This document shows, in pieces, positions 62,665 through 64,000 of a stretch of 64,000 bases of DNA. How positions within the stretch are numbered: position 1 is the first letter of the stretch; each line of letters begins with the position of its first letter. Both the position numbers and the translations under genes were made by a program. This DNA is from a virus. The notes under the pieces were generated by a model. The model saw nothing but the letters and a program-made list of their open reading frames with translations, did no database searches and was not told the origin of the DNA. Location: positions 85,098 to 149,097 of the IMG/VR virus record IMGVR_UViG_3300009151_000034. One strand, 5' to 3'.

Positions 62665-64000
62665 TTAATAACCCCATGCCTGCCAAAGAAACCCAACCCC
62701 ATAGATTCCGTTAAATGTCACGCCAGTTTTTGAACTAGCCGCGTAACCTATGCCTGTCACCGCAGCATTTGCTGTTGGATTATCTACTATAGTTGAACAA
62801 ACTAATGCACCACCTGGAAAAGCTGATCCATAGGTAATAGTTACAGTTCCGGTGGCAAAGTTAGGAGTTGATGGACCGGCACCAAAAACATACCCCCATT
62901 TTAAAATCATTCCGTTTGGGAATGTCACAGAACTACCTGTTCCTGGTGCATATGTTCCTGCCGTATTCCCAGTAGTGCCATCAGGAAATACAAATCCAAT
63001 TGACGATGAACGAATTGCTCCTGCAACATCAACTTTATATCCAGGAGTTGTTGTTCCGACACCAAGATTTCCATTAGCAACTAAAGTAGCAAACACGGCA
63101 GTTGCATTAGCAAACGTAGCTACGTTTCCTGTATTACTTTGAATATATGCACCAAGATTAGTATTTGAAATAGCATAAAGACCAGCGCCTGTGTTGGACA
63201 GTCCAGCAAGACCAGAGTTAGTAGTCGAAACACCATAAACACCAGCGTCAGTAGTCGAAATACCATAAACACCCTGCAACGCGGTCGCAGTTCCCCGAAT
63301 CGTATTCGCAACAGATAAACCAGCCGCACCTAAAGTTGCATATACAGTGCCAGTCCCACCACCACCAAAAAACTTAACATTTGCTGAAGCAGTTCCAGCA
63401 TAATTAATTGCTAATTCTGAAGCGCCCGATGTGTTTAGCTGGTTGTTAATATTGATGGAGCCACTAACATCAAGTTTATATCCAGGAGTTGTTGTTCCGA
63501 TACCAAGATTTCCATTAGCAGCCAAATAAGCAAGTGTTGTAGTAGCATTAGCAAATTGGGCTATGACCCCTGTATTACTTTGAACGGTTAGCCCAGGCCC
63601 AGTATTTGAAAATGCACCAGCGCCAGTTCCGGTATTTGAAATACCAACAGCGCCAGTTCCGGTATTTGAAATACCAAAAGTTCCTGTTCCAGAAGTATTC
63701 GCCATGCCATAAACACCAGCATTAGTATTCGAAGAGCCATAAACACCAGGAAATGTATTGCTTTGGCCAATAACACCATATCCAGAATTACTTTGACCAT
63801 AAACACCAGAAGCAGTATTCGAATATGCAGAAATGGCATTAGCGGTAGCAGATAAACTTCCTGCAACCAAAGTAGCTGTGTTAGTAGCTGCAACAACATT
63901 CAATGAAGCAACGTTTGCAAGACCAGTTGTGTTCAAGGTTGCTGTGTTAGTAGCTGCAACAACATTCAATGAAGCAACGTTTGCAAGACCAGTTGTGTTC
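62665..64000 (-). CDS. Tail fibre-like protein, C-terminal part (starts beyond window)
   Basis: GVYGxS 11-aa repeats, GNLGIGTTTP motifs, C-terminal PNGMILKWG domain. Confidence 0.8.
   Translation of the reverse strand, partial: NTTGLANVASLNVVAATNTATLNTTGLANVASLNVVAATNTATLVAGSLSATANAISAYSNTASGVYGQSNSGYGVIGQSNTFPGVYGSSNTNAGVYGMANTSGTGTFGISNTGTGAVGISNTGTGAGAFSNTGPGLTVQSNTGVIAQFANATTTLAYLAANGNLGIGTTTPGYKLDVSGSININNQLNTSGASELAINYAGTASANVKFFGGGGTGTVYATLGAAGLSVANTIRGTATALQGVYGISTTDAGVYGVSTTNSGLAGLSNTGAGLYAISNTNLGAYIQSNTGNVATFANATAVFATLVANGNLGVGTTTPGYKVDVAGAIRSSSIGFVFPDGTTGNTAGTYAPGTGSSVTFPNGMILKWGYVFGAGPSTPNFATGTVTITYGSAFPGGALVCSTIVDNPTANAAVTGIGYAASSKTGVTFNGIYGVGFLWQAWGY
63875..64000. repeat. 66-nt tandem repeat (22 aa) in the fibre gene
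   Basis: 63875-63934 is identical to 63941-64000. Confidence 0.9.

Noticed and set aside
1713-63899. Many 60-170-aa ORFs antisense to or nested in core genes and tRNAs (e.g. 1713-2153, 13863-14336, 16045-16548, 27683-28120, 52903-53241)
   Set aside because: Shadow frames of well-supported genes, with no RBS or motif support.

Overview
A 64-kb segment of a large, AT-rich T4-like myophage genome, mostly coded on the minus strand. The host is probably alphaproteobacterial, inferred from a DUF1127 protein, an Omp25/RopB-type beta-barrel and a ROSE/RpoH-controlled sHsp. Layout: (1) 1-4.1 kb, gp41 start, UvsX and a split gp43A/gp43B DNA polymerase. (2) 4.2-26 kb, accessory region: lysis genes, Hsp20, 9 tRNAs, several unannotated structured RNAs, a late-promoter amino-acid SBP + DAACS symporter operon, SpeD, and RNA-repair genes (Rnl1, split Pnkp) enclosing an array of QV-tetrapeptide microproteins and a tenth tRNA (CAU). 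(3) 26.4-31.1 kb, a GC-richer array of early genes, each with its own repeated promoter/RBS cassette. (4) 32.7-44.4 kb, regA, 62, 44, 45, 46, 47, 55, uvsW, uvsY. (5) 44.4-64 kb, virion genes 3, 23, 22, 21, 20, 19, 18, 17, 16, 15, 14, 13 and a tail fibre. The most notable points are a prfB-like +1 frameshift signal in polymerase motif B (a second +1 shift in gp47 means sequencing error is not excluded), candidate multibranched and kissing-loop ncRNAs among the tRNAs (one complementary to the adjacent tRNA-Cys), the mosaic QV microprotein array, the phage-borne SBP/DAACS transporter, and a domain shared at near-identical DNA level between the tail sheath and another virion gene. All protein calls come from motif recognition and synteny, and all RNA folds were found by eye. 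No searches or folding programs were run.
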